A stretch of 64,000 nucleotides of DNA from Abditibacterium sp. (GTDB lineage: Bacteria; Armatimonadota; Abditibacteriia; Abditibacteriales; Abditibacteriaceae): positions 4,256,001-4,320,000 of the forward strand of contig CBDASK010000003.1 of assembly GCA_965199495.1 (NCBI GenBank), given 5' to 3'. The notes beneath the pieces are model-generated. The model saw only the letters and a program-made list of their open reading frames with translations, was not told where the DNA came from and ran no database searches. Below, in pieces: positions 9,562 to 17,370 of the stretch; within the stretch, counting starts at the first letter, position 1; every line of letters starts with the position of its first letter. Position numbers and translations under genes: made by a program.

Positions 9562-10604
9562 CAGACGCTCACCTCCGGGAACTGGCGAACGCGCAAATCT
9601 TCGGGCCATTCCGATTCGTCGCCGCCCTTTTTGTCGCGGAGATGGAACCGAATTAACGCGCCTTGGCTCGGTTGGCCGTGAAACTCTCTCCACTCGATCC
9701 CGTCCGCGTTCAAAACGGTGTGGCGCCCCGAAAACGCCCACTCGCGCAAAGCATCGTCTTCGCAGTAGTAATCCACCACGGGAAACGCGCCCATTTGCTT
9801 CATGAAAAACGGCACCCCCGCCGCTTCGCACTGCGTCATCAGTCCGCGCGCCCACTCGACAGCGAAAGGACGCGCGCCGGGGCCGCTCTCGCCACCGCAA
9901 ATGACCCACGAAATCGGCGACGGCGTCGACGTAATTGTTTGCCCTCCGATACCACGGCGCCCCGCGCTACTGCTGTAAACCTCGCCGTAGAGCGCTTCGT
10001 GAATGTTGAGCGCGCCCAGCATCGGCTCCACCGACAAAAACCGCACTTTCGCGGGCACCTTGCAAAGTTCATTAACACGATGAATAACGCGCTCGTCCTC
10101 GACCGATGTGCCGAGCCAGACGTTCGATGGTGGCAATCCGGCAAAGAGCCAACCCCGCCAATAACCGCCCGAAGTGGCTTGCTCGAACTTCTGCATTTTA
10201 TTCACAAAATGCAAAATGTTTTCAGGTCTTTTAGATAAAATCAGCCAGTCCAAATGAGGCGTCTGACGAATGAGATCGAATAAATCAATTCGCCATTCGT
10301 CGGGCGCTTCGGCGTCGAATACATCGGCCAGCGACGCGCAAAACACTTTGCGACGGATGCCCGATTTTTCGGCGGCCCGATTCCACGCGAGCGGCTTTTT
10401 CCAGTTCGCCTCACTGGTGCGCTGGCGCGGAACGCCTTTTTTGTAGCTTTCGCCGGTGAAGCGCTTAATCAATGCCGAGGCGTAGCAATTTTGACAACCC
10501 GCCGAGACCGGTGTGCATTGCGTCCACGGATTGAACGTGTAGCCGGGCAGCTTTGTGCCATCGGCGAGTATGGTCGCCGTCCATTCGATTGTTGTCTCAG
10601 CCAT
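9561..10604 (-). CDS. Phage Gp37/Gp68 (DUF5131) family protein
   Basis: TTIEWT, FNPWTQCTPVSAGCQNCYA, SLADVFD, LSKRP, WVICGGESG, PFFMKQ. Confidence 0.9.
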   Translation of the reverse strand: MAETTIEWTATILADGTKLPGYTFNPWTQCTPVSAGCQNCYASALIKRFTGESYKKGVPRQRTSEANWKKPLAWNRAAEKSGIRRKVFCASLADVFDAEAPDEWRIDLFDLIRQTPHLDWLILSKRPENILHFVNKMQKFEQATSGGYWRGWLFAGLPPSNVWLGTSVEDERVIHRVNELCKVPAKVRFLSVEPMLGALNIHEALYGEVYSSSAGRRGIGGQTITSTPSPISWVICGGESGPGARPFAVEWARGLMTQCEAAGVPFFMKQMGAFPVVDYYCEDDALREWAFSGRHTVLNADGIEWREFHGQPSQGALIRFHLRDKKGGDESEWPEDLRVRQFPEVSV

Positions 10605-10632
10605 GCTTTTGTTCCTTGCTCGTGAAGAGCGG

Positions 10633-10908
10633 TTAAGCCTCCGATTTGAAGGAGGTGAAAGAGCGTGAAATGCGCTCTTGGACGTAAAAGGTTTCTTCGC
10701 ACGAATCGCACTGATATTCCGTGCGCTCGTCTTGCGTTCCGATTATCGAAAACAATTCGGGTGATTCCCAAAGGTCGCCCTGTTCTTCACCACAGTAGGG
10801 GCAGAACAGGGCGGCGCATTGACCGCCCCTGCCAGTCAAGCCGTTTTTCGGCGTGTAATCTTCTTTGACCCGCTCGGCGGGCGTCATATCAAGGTGATTG
10901 ATGCTCAT
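10633..10908 (-). CDS. Zinc-ribbon hypothetical protein
   Basis: CPYCG...CDSC. Confidence 0.55.
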   Translation of the reverse strand: MSINHLDMTPAERVKEDYTPKNGLTGRGGQCAALFCPYCGEEQGDLWESPELFSIIGTQDERTEYQCDSCEETFYVQERISRSFTSFKSEA

Positions 10909-11254
10909 TTTGTTGGTTCTTTCTCCTTGCACATCGAGTGCATCTTCGCAAACCCGTCGCCTTTAGCCACCAGAAGTTTGATCGCTATCGGCATCGCGAT
11001 CTGGTAGCGTTCGCCGCAACGCTGGCAGCAAAGTTCGCCGGTTTTTAAGTCGAATTCGATCCAATCGGTTTTAGACATCGTTTTTCTCCTTATTTTCGTG
11101 TTCCAATTCTGCGTTGGCCGTGTCCCATCCCTCTCGTTTCTCGCGGATTCGCGGGCGCGCCAACCCACCCACGCGCGACCAGTAACCCACGTCGAACGGA
11201 TGATCTTTCACACTCACTCCGACCCTCGCGCTTAACACGCTCAAATTGATCGAC

Positions 11255-11626
11255 TTAGACATGCTTTCCTCCTTCTTCGGCAATTGTCGTCCAAGCGCCC
11301 ACGATCTCCGCGATCAACATCATCGCATCTCCCAGCGCGCCCGGCTTCGGGCGCGCTCCCTTGTAAGTCGTCATTTTGACCGTGATTAGGTTGGGCGCCA
11401 TCGTCGTCGAACTGGTGCTGAAAATCAGATGCAGCGTGTAGTCTCGCGAGCGATGCGGTTTAATCAGAACTTCGAGAAAATACCCGAACTTCGTGTCACC
11501 TGATCCGGGTGTTACCGTGACCTTGTGAATGTGTCGTTTGCGGTGGGTCAGATGGAGCGAATCCAGAAATGGCGCATAAGCCGCATCGTGAGATTGGCTC
11601 ATTTCGATAGGACATCTCTGTTGCAA
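11255..11626 (-). CDS. Hypothetical phage protein
   Basis: ORF in a tightly packed run of genes. Confidence 0.45.
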   Translation of the reverse strand: MQQRCPIEMSQSHDAAYAPFLDSLHLTHRKRHIHKVTVTPGSGDTKFGYFLEVLIKPHRSRDYTLHLIFSTSSTTMAPNLITVKMTTYKGARPKPGALGDAMMLIAEIVGAWTTIAEEGGKHV

Positions 11627-11850
11627 CTCTTCATTTCGCGCGCGTAATCCGCGTAATCGCGCCGCGCCAAATCGAACAGATTCGCCATCAAATCAGGGTT
11701 GCGCGAAAGCGCCCACACCACTTCGTTGAGTTGACGCAAGCTGAATTTCCCTTCGCCGATCATCGCCTCAATTTCGACGTGAATCTCCTCGGCGGATGGC
11801 TCTTCTGATACCTCGCCAGTGACGACTTTTTTCCATTCGGTTAAGTTCAT
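11599..11850 (-). CDS. Hypothetical phage protein
   Basis: ATGA overlap with the upstream mini-gene. Confidence 0.55.
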   Translation of the reverse strand: MNLTEWKKVVTGEVSEEPSAEEIHVEIEAMIGEGKFSLRQLNEVVWALSRNPDLMANLFDLARRDYADYAREMKSCNRDVLSK

Positions 11851-12014
11851 CCGGCATCACTCCCTTTCTCTTCGCGCAAATGCGATAGTTTGCGAGCCAA
11901 TTTGCGCAATGCGTTTTGCTCAAGTTGAAAAACGCGACCGCGCGAAATGCCCAAAACTTGCGCCACCTCCTCCAGCGTCATCGCATAGTGCGAACGGGGA
12001 AGAAAATCTTTCAT
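11847..12014 (-). CDS. Stand-alone sigma70 region-4 HTH mini-protein (55 aa)
   Basis: Hand translation: MKDFLPRSHYAMTLEEVAQVLGISRGRVFQLEQNALRKLARKLSHLREEKGSDAG; AAGGAG RBS; below ORF-track size cutoff. Confidence 0.8.
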   Translation of the reverse strand: MKDFLPRSHYAMTLEEVAQVLGISRGRVFQLEQNALRKLARKLSHLREEKGSDAG

Positions 12015-12037
12015 GATCAATCTCCTTTTTAATCAAC

Positions 12038-12114
12038 GTATATCAACATTGATACTCAGAGTTTAAGCGAAATGTCGATAGTTCGCAAGCATAAATCGTT
12101 ACGTAACGATTTAT
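12038..12114 (-). promoter_or_regulatory. Palindrome + sigma70 promoter + operator cassette
   Basis: TTGCGA-17-TAAACT (12088-12060); operator GTATATCAACATTGATACTC (12038-12057); 24-bp perfect palindrome (12091-12114). Confidence 0.7.
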
Positions 12115-12355
12115 CGCCTACTTCGTTTTACCGAAGAAATGTGCCGTGACTTCGACCCGTTCGACGCGCAAACGATATTTGCGTTTGATGCTCGACCAAT
12201 ACATCACGTCGGAGAATTGGAACCCCCGCAACGCGTAGGCGATGACTTCGCGGCGCGTGCGGCGAATCGAGTGAATGTCAACGCGCCATGTCGGATCGTC
12301 GGGGCCGTTGCGCTCCAAAAGCGCCCAGCCCCAACTCGATTCAGCTTCAATTTTG

Positions 12356-13240
12356 TTATCGGGCATCAGCACGCACCCCCTCGCGGCGCGCGGCGCGCCA
12401 ATCCACGAATTTTTCCCACAGCAGAGCACAGCTCGCCCTGTCCCAGTCCTTGCGCGGATGATATGTGAGCCACCAACCGCCAAAGGCGCGCAGGTCGGCG
12501 ATCTGGGCGGGCGTGCAGGCATCGAGATCGACATCCGCGACGCGGGCGATGTCAGCAGCCACGGCGCCATAGTTGGCGACATCGGGGTCATCGCTCTTTT
12601 CGATTTGGCTCATGGATGTTCCACCTTCCAGTCCGGCGCGGATGCCCAGACGGCGTTTCAGTTCTTCGACATCGATGTCGAGCGCGGGCAGCGGTTCGGG
12701 CAGGGCATGCGCCGCTTCGTGCGCATTGCGCGCTTTGATTTCGTCCCAAGTCTCATAGGCGCTGCCGTTGGCGCACACGACGCGCTCAGTTTTGCCATCG
12801 GCGCCGGTTTGCCACTCTTCGCCGCGACAGGCCGCCAAAACGTCACGGGCGCCCGGTTTATACGAGTTGGGCTTGTTCTTGATCGCGGTTTGGGTGCCCG
12901 GCACGATGGAATCGATCGGCACTTCGTCCAGAATGAGCGACCAAGCGCGCGCCTCGGTCTCGCGCGACTCGTTGGTGGAAGTCACGCTGCACGCCGCGTC
13001 GCGCAGATAGACCGCCTCCTCGCACGCCAGCAGACGTTTGTCGTGTTCAATTTGGCGTCGCAAGGCCAGCGCCTGTGGGTTCTCCCTCGCCAGAGCGTTC
13101 GAGTTCGTCGAGCCTTCGTTCCTGCTCTTCGAGAGCGGCGCGCCGTTGCTGGAATTCGGCGAGCGATTCGGCGAGGTCACGTCCGCGCCGTTCGGCGGCA
13201 GATTCAAATTTCGGGGCAGTAATTCGCTGATTGGTTCCAT
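12356..13240 (-). CDS. Hypothetical protein downstream of replication initiator
   Basis: Start MEPISELL with GGAG RBS; overlaps 3' end of rep ORF. Confidence 0.5.
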   Translation of the reverse strand: MEPISELLPRNLNLPPNGADVTSPNRSPNSSNGAPLSKSRNEGSTNSNALARENPQALALRRQIEHDKRLLACEEAVYLRDAACSVTSTNESRETEARAWSLILDEVPIDSIVPGTQTAIKNKPNSYKPGARDVLAACRGEEWQTGADGKTERVVCANGSAYETWDEIKARNAHEAAHALPEPLPALDIDVEELKRRLGIRAGLEGGTSMSQIEKSDDPDVANYGAVAADIARVADVDLDACTPAQIADLRAFGGWWLTYHPRKDWDRASCALLWEKFVDWRAARREGVRADAR

Positions 13241-14201
13241 CGGTGTTCTCCTGTGATTTCGGTTGGTTGTTGAAAGCATCGCCGTTCATAAAACGATGCC
13301 AGTGCGCCGCGACTTGAGATAAATAAGGGTTGTTGCGTTGCCCGCCATCGCGCCACAACGTTTTGAACTGGCGAGCCGCTTCGACAAGATCACCGAGCGG
13401 AGCGCCCGGCCTCGTTTCGTCGAGCCAATCGCGCATCGTTTCCAAGGCTTCGGGCCAATGAGCAACATCACGCTCCTTGGGGTGCCTCACATACATGAAC
13501 TCTTTGGCCAACGCCAGCAGTTCCGGCGACTCGTAGGGATCGGGCTGCAACAGAGCAGAGGAAGAAGATTTCTCAAAACGGGGCGCGGGCCGAGTGGGCG
13601 TTTCCACGCCCACCGTCGCGTTTTCTCCCTCACTCACACACTCACTCAGTTCTTCGTTATTCAGTTCTTCGTTATTCAGTTCTTCATATATCGGGCGGTT
13701 TTCCAAATATGGACGAGCCATATTTGGCTGATCCACAGATGGTTTTTCCACTTGTGGTTTTTCCATCTGTGGAAAATCACCAGATGGACGTTTTTCTTCG
13801 TCATCGTCTGGCTCAGGTGGCGTTGTATCAGGGACATCTGACGCGGGCGACGATTGATCGTCGGCGCGCGGCACTTCGTAGATGGTTGTTTGCCACTCGA
13901 AGCGACCGCCTTTGCCAGCGTGCCGCTCGCGCTTGAGATAGCCATATTTTTTGAGTTCACGCAGCATTCCTCGCACGGCGTGTTCGCCCTGAGGACTCTG
14001 GCGAATCAAGTCTTCGACCCGCAACTGCCAGTCGTCGGGCTTGGACAGCAGATACGCCAGCACGCCGCGCGCACCAAACGAAAGGCGCACGTCGCGCAGT
14101 CCGGTGTTATTGATGATCGAGTAATCGCGGTTTTTGATGACGCGCACGATGCCACTGGCCTCGCCGTTTTGCTCGCCATCGGGCTTAGATTTTTTACTCA
14201 T
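13047..14201 (-). CDS. Phage replication initiator (HTH)
   Basis: RVIKNRDYSIINN..RDVRLSFGARGVLAYLLSKPDDW..RELKKYGYL; internal iterons. Confidence 0.8.
   Translation of the reverse strand: MSKKSKPDGEQNGEASGIVRVIKNRDYSIINNTGLRDVRLSFGARGVLAYLLSKPDDWQLRVEDLIRQSPQGEHAVRGMLRELKKYGYLKRERHAGKGGRFEWQTTIYEVPRADDQSSPASDVPDTTPPEPDDDEEKRPSGDFPQMEKPQVEKPSVDQPNMARPYLENRPIYEELNNEELNNEELSECVSEGENATVGVETPTRPAPRFEKSSSSALLQPDPYESPELLALAKEFMYVRHPKERDVAHWPEALETMRDWLDETRPGAPLGDLVEAARQFKTLWRDGGQRNNPYLSQVAAHWHRFMNGDAFNNQPKSQENTDGTNQRITAPKFESAAERRGRDLAESLAEFQQRRAALEEQERRLDELERSGEGEPTGAGLATPN
13647..13788. repeat. 15-bp iteron-like repeats inside rep gene (probable origin)
   Basis: Five CCA-N4-TGG units plus one degenerate unit at 15-bp period (13699-13788), and TCAGTTCTTCGTTAT x2.5. 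Confidence 0.7.
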
Positions 14202-14564
14202 CGTGATTCTCCTTGCCTGTTCGGTTTTGATGGGGATACTTTCCATGTGCATAGCGACACAACGCACCATCCTCCAGAATGTCCCGTCCGATTTTCAGCG
14301 CGCAACTCCAGCATAAATTGATGCGCGGCCCATCCTCTGAGCAATCGCCTAAGACGGCGGCCACTGATTCCATTTCGATCTGATCAATGGCGCCTTGCGG
14401 GTTGGTGTCAGGGCACAAGGCGCGCGCGTTGCGGGTAAGCATTGGCCCCTGAAAAGCCCATCTCACGAAAGGTTGCGCCGAGTTGAGTTCGCCACTGCAC
14501 CCATGACAAAATCGCGGCACTTCTTGCCCCATATCGGTGAATTCAAAGTCGGTTTCTGTTGTGA

Positions 14565-15017
14565 TCAATTTGAGGTCTCCTTTTGTTGTTCCCTGAGCCA
14601 CTTCACCTGTTGGCCGATACCGAGATGTTGAAGCGGCGCCTCCATCGCCATCGGCTGCCCAAAGCGCGCAGAGTAGGCATAGCCCAGCGCCATGCGATAA
14701 TCGAGGCCGCACAGCAAGACGAAGCGCGCCGCCCGCCATGTCGCGGGCAGTTGCGCCGCCATCTCGCGCGTCGAGATGCACGGCCCACGCTTCCACGTCG
14801 CGTCATAGGGCGCCAGCGTCGCGTCGAGCAAGACGAGGCCGTGCTTGGCGCTGAGAATGCGAATATCAGCCACGCTCACCTGCGCGAGCGCGTAATCCAA
14901 GCTCGCTTTGAAAAGCGGCCCGGCGTAGAGATCGCGCGCGCGGCTGGGCACGTCCAACTTTTTGGCGCCGCAACCCAGAACATAGATCGGGTTCAACTCA
15001 TCTCCTCCCGTTTGCAT
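14565..15017 (-). CDS. DUF6884-like protein
   Basis: GCGAKK..ARDLYAGPLF..ILSAKHGL..APYD; likely TTG start at 14996. Confidence 0.7.
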   Translation of the reverse strand: MQTGGDELNPIYVLGCGAKKLDVPSRARDLYAGPLFKASLDYALAQVSVADIRILSAKHGLVLLDATLAPYDATWKRGPCISTREMAAQLPATWRAARFVLLCGLDYRMALGYAYSARFGQPMAMEAPLQHLGIGQQVKWLREQQKETSN

Positions 15018-15295
15018 TCTGCTTCCTCATGTTCGTCGTAATCCTGCGCCATTTCTACTGTGAAGCACTCGGACATGAAATGATCGCCTTGCATCAAACA
15101 TTGTTCTCCGAAGCAACACCCAAATTCGGAGGAATCTTGTTCACCGTCGCCAAAATACTCAGCGAAACCTTCTTCGGCAACGCTCTGATCTTCTGCGCGG
15201 TCGCGCGAGTTGGATTCGTAACAATCCTCGCAGATATAGTAGGGAGAGATAGCCTCTTCACACTGAGAGCACTTTTTCCAGTCAATTGAACTCAT
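14993..15295 (-). CDS. Acidic Cys-rich hypothetical protein
   Basis: CSQC..CEDC; translational coupling. Confidence 0.5.
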   Translation of the reverse strand: MSSIDWKKCSQCEEAISPYYICEDCYESNSRDRAEDQSVAEEGFAEYFGDGEQDSSEFGCCFGEQCLMQGDHFMSECFTVEMAQDYDEHEEAECKREEMS

Positions 15296-15546
15296 ATCTG
15301 CACATCCTCCAGCGCCAGAACGCAGTAATCTTTGTGGATGCCGAAGTCGTTGCCCGGCAGAACGTAGGTCACGCGCTTGTCGATTTCGGCGCCGGTGTAG
15401 GCATTCGATTTCGGGCAGTAGCGCTGCAAGGTCAGCACGTCGCCGATCTGATAATTGCGGTCGTTGCGGCGCACCTCGAAATTCTTTTCGCCACGCGCCA
15501 GCGCATCAAAGTATTTGGGGTAAGTCTTGAGTTGGTGTGTTTTCAT
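15292..15546 (-). CDS. ASCH/DUF3850 domain protein
   Basis: HQLKTYPKYFDALARGEKNFEVRRNDRNYQIGD. Confidence 0.85.
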   Translation of the reverse strand: MKTHQLKTYPKYFDALARGEKNFEVRRNDRNYQIGDVLTLQRYCPKSNAYTGAEIDKRVTYVLPGNDFGIHKDYCVLALEDVQI

Positions 15547-16238
15547 AGTTCGATTTTCTTGAAGGTCAGCGCAAACACCCACGGATTGATTTCCCAGGCA
15601 CCTTCGCCGTGGATGGATTCCCACAGCGAGCGAAAAGAATCAATCGGTGAAAAGAATCCAATTCCGCCGCCGTAATCTTTCCAACCGCACGCGCGCATGA
15701 AACCCACTTGTGAAATGCGTTCGATGCCCTCCGCGATTGCGTCCTCGTCGGAAATATCCTGCAACCGCTCGACGCGAACATCGGTGATTTCGAGCGTCAA
15801 GCGCAATGCCCAACGCGGCATAAAGCGCGCGTGGCGATAGCGTCCGGCCTCTTTTTCATCCCAGCAATCCCAATTATCCCGACGGCCATCGGCGCAATAT
15901 TCTGTCGGACACCACGGTTTTTCGTATTCGGCGCCCAGGCAGTCCTTTGCGATTTGCGTAGAATTCTTTTTGTCAAGATCGAGCGGATACCGAAACGCTT
16001 CGCGCACCCAGAGCCGGTCGCCGACGCGACCATAAGGGCATAAGGTCGGCATATAATCCAGAAAATGTTCTGGCGTGGCGAGAACAGAATTTTTCCCAGA
16101 TTTATACGAGATGACATTCAATGTCTGATGGACTTTTGCCTCCGGCTGGGGCTTGATAATTCGCCTCGTATTAGTTTTCCGTCCGTCGAGTGTGGCGCAC
16201 ACCATCGGCGCGCCTAAAATTAATGGTCGTTCTTTCAT
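15543..16238 (-). CDS. ASCH-like conserved phage protein
   Basis: MKERPLI..GRKTNTRR..CPYG..LWVRE..MPRWA..ERLQDI..NPWV. Confidence 0.85.
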   Translation of the reverse strand: MKERPLILGAPMVCATLDGRKTNTRRIIKPQPEAKVHQTLNVISYKSGKNSVLATPEHFLDYMPTLCPYGRVGDRLWVREAFRYPLDLDKKNSTQIAKDCLGAEYEKPWCPTEYCADGRRDNWDCWDEKEAGRYRHARFMPRWALRLTLEITDVRVERLQDISDEDAIAEGIERISQVGFMRACGWKDYGGGIGFFSPIDSFRSLWESIHGEGAWEINPWVFALTFKKIEL

Positions 16239-16515
16239 GAGATTGGTCTGTTTTGTCGTTCAATGCATACGCCGCGCACAACCGCACATGGGTTGCCCTG
16301 TTCGTCGTCAATGGTCGTAATTGTTGTGGCCAGAGTCTGTGCATCATCGGGATTCTCGCGAATGAACCGGGTTGCCGCTTCCAGTCGCTCTGCAAGAGTG
16401 CCAGCGAGCCATTGATGGGTCAGCGTGGCCCGGTCGGAGGAGAGCGCCGATTGATAGAGAATTGAGCGAGGCGAGTCCTGGGGAATTGCCTCTAATTCTT
16501 GAAGTGTCTCGCGGG

Positions 16516-17370
16516 TCATTGAAAAAGCTCCTGTTGTTGGCACTGCTCTTCTATCAACCGAAGTGCAACCGGGTTCATCCAGAGCGCTTCGGAGCGCGTT
16601 TGATTGGTTTGAATGCGACTCGTCGTCTCCTGACATTCCCAGTCCAAATTATCATCGTAGAGCGGGCATCTATAGCCCGACAATAGCACTGGCCCTAAAT
16701 GATTCTTGAGAGCCGCGATCAATTCGAGATGACCGTCGTCGGACATTTCGTGGGCATAGAGCCGCCTTCCATTGATGGCCGATGCTCCGCGCGTCGATTT
16801 CACATAGGGCGGATCGGCGTAAATTAGCGTTTCCGAACTGCGATTGCGGGCGATAACATCCAACGCGGGCCGACATTCGATCTGCGCATCGAGTAAGCGG
16901 GCGCTCGCCACTCGCAAACGTTCAGGTAATCGCTTCCATGTCGCAATTGGCGATTGGTGCAGCGAATCTCGCGCGCGCCATCCGCTACAACCCGCGCTCG
17001 TCTCATCGTCGCGCGACGCCCGTCGAACTCCGACCGCTTGCCACATCGCTACCAATAAACGCCGGGCGCGCTCGACATCGTCGCCTTGAGCGAGGTCTTT
17101 GCGGCACTCGTCATATTCCGCTCGCGCCCAGGGAGTGAGAGCAATCGCTGCCTCGATCTGAGCTGGTTTGTTGCGGATGACTTCAAACAGGTTCACTACC
17201 ATCGAATCACGGTCGTTGATCGTCTCGACATTCGACGGAATCTTGTTGAAGAACACGGCTCCCGAACCGAAAAATGGCTCTAAATACGCGTCGTGGCTCG
17301 GCATATTGCTGATTACCCATTCCGCCAAACGCCACTTTGATCCAGGCCATTTGAGAGAAGGGGCGCTCAT
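16516..17370 (-). CDS. DNA adenine methyltransferase (D12/Dam class)
   Basis: KWPGSK, YLEPFFGSGAV, IND, YADPPY. Confidence 0.92.
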   Translation of the reverse strand: MSAPSLKWPGSKWRLAEWVISNMPSHDAYLEPFFGSGAVFFNKIPSNVETINDRDSMVVNLFEVIRNKPAQIEAAIALTPWARAEYDECRKDLAQGDDVERARRLLVAMWQAVGVRRASRDDETSAGCSGWRARDSLHQSPIATWKRLPERLRVASARLLDAQIECRPALDVIARNRSSETLIYADPPYVKSTRGASAINGRRLYAHEMSDDGHLELIAALKNHLGPVLLSGYRCPLYDDNLDWECQETTSRIQTNQTRSEALWMNPVALRLIEEQCQQQELFQ

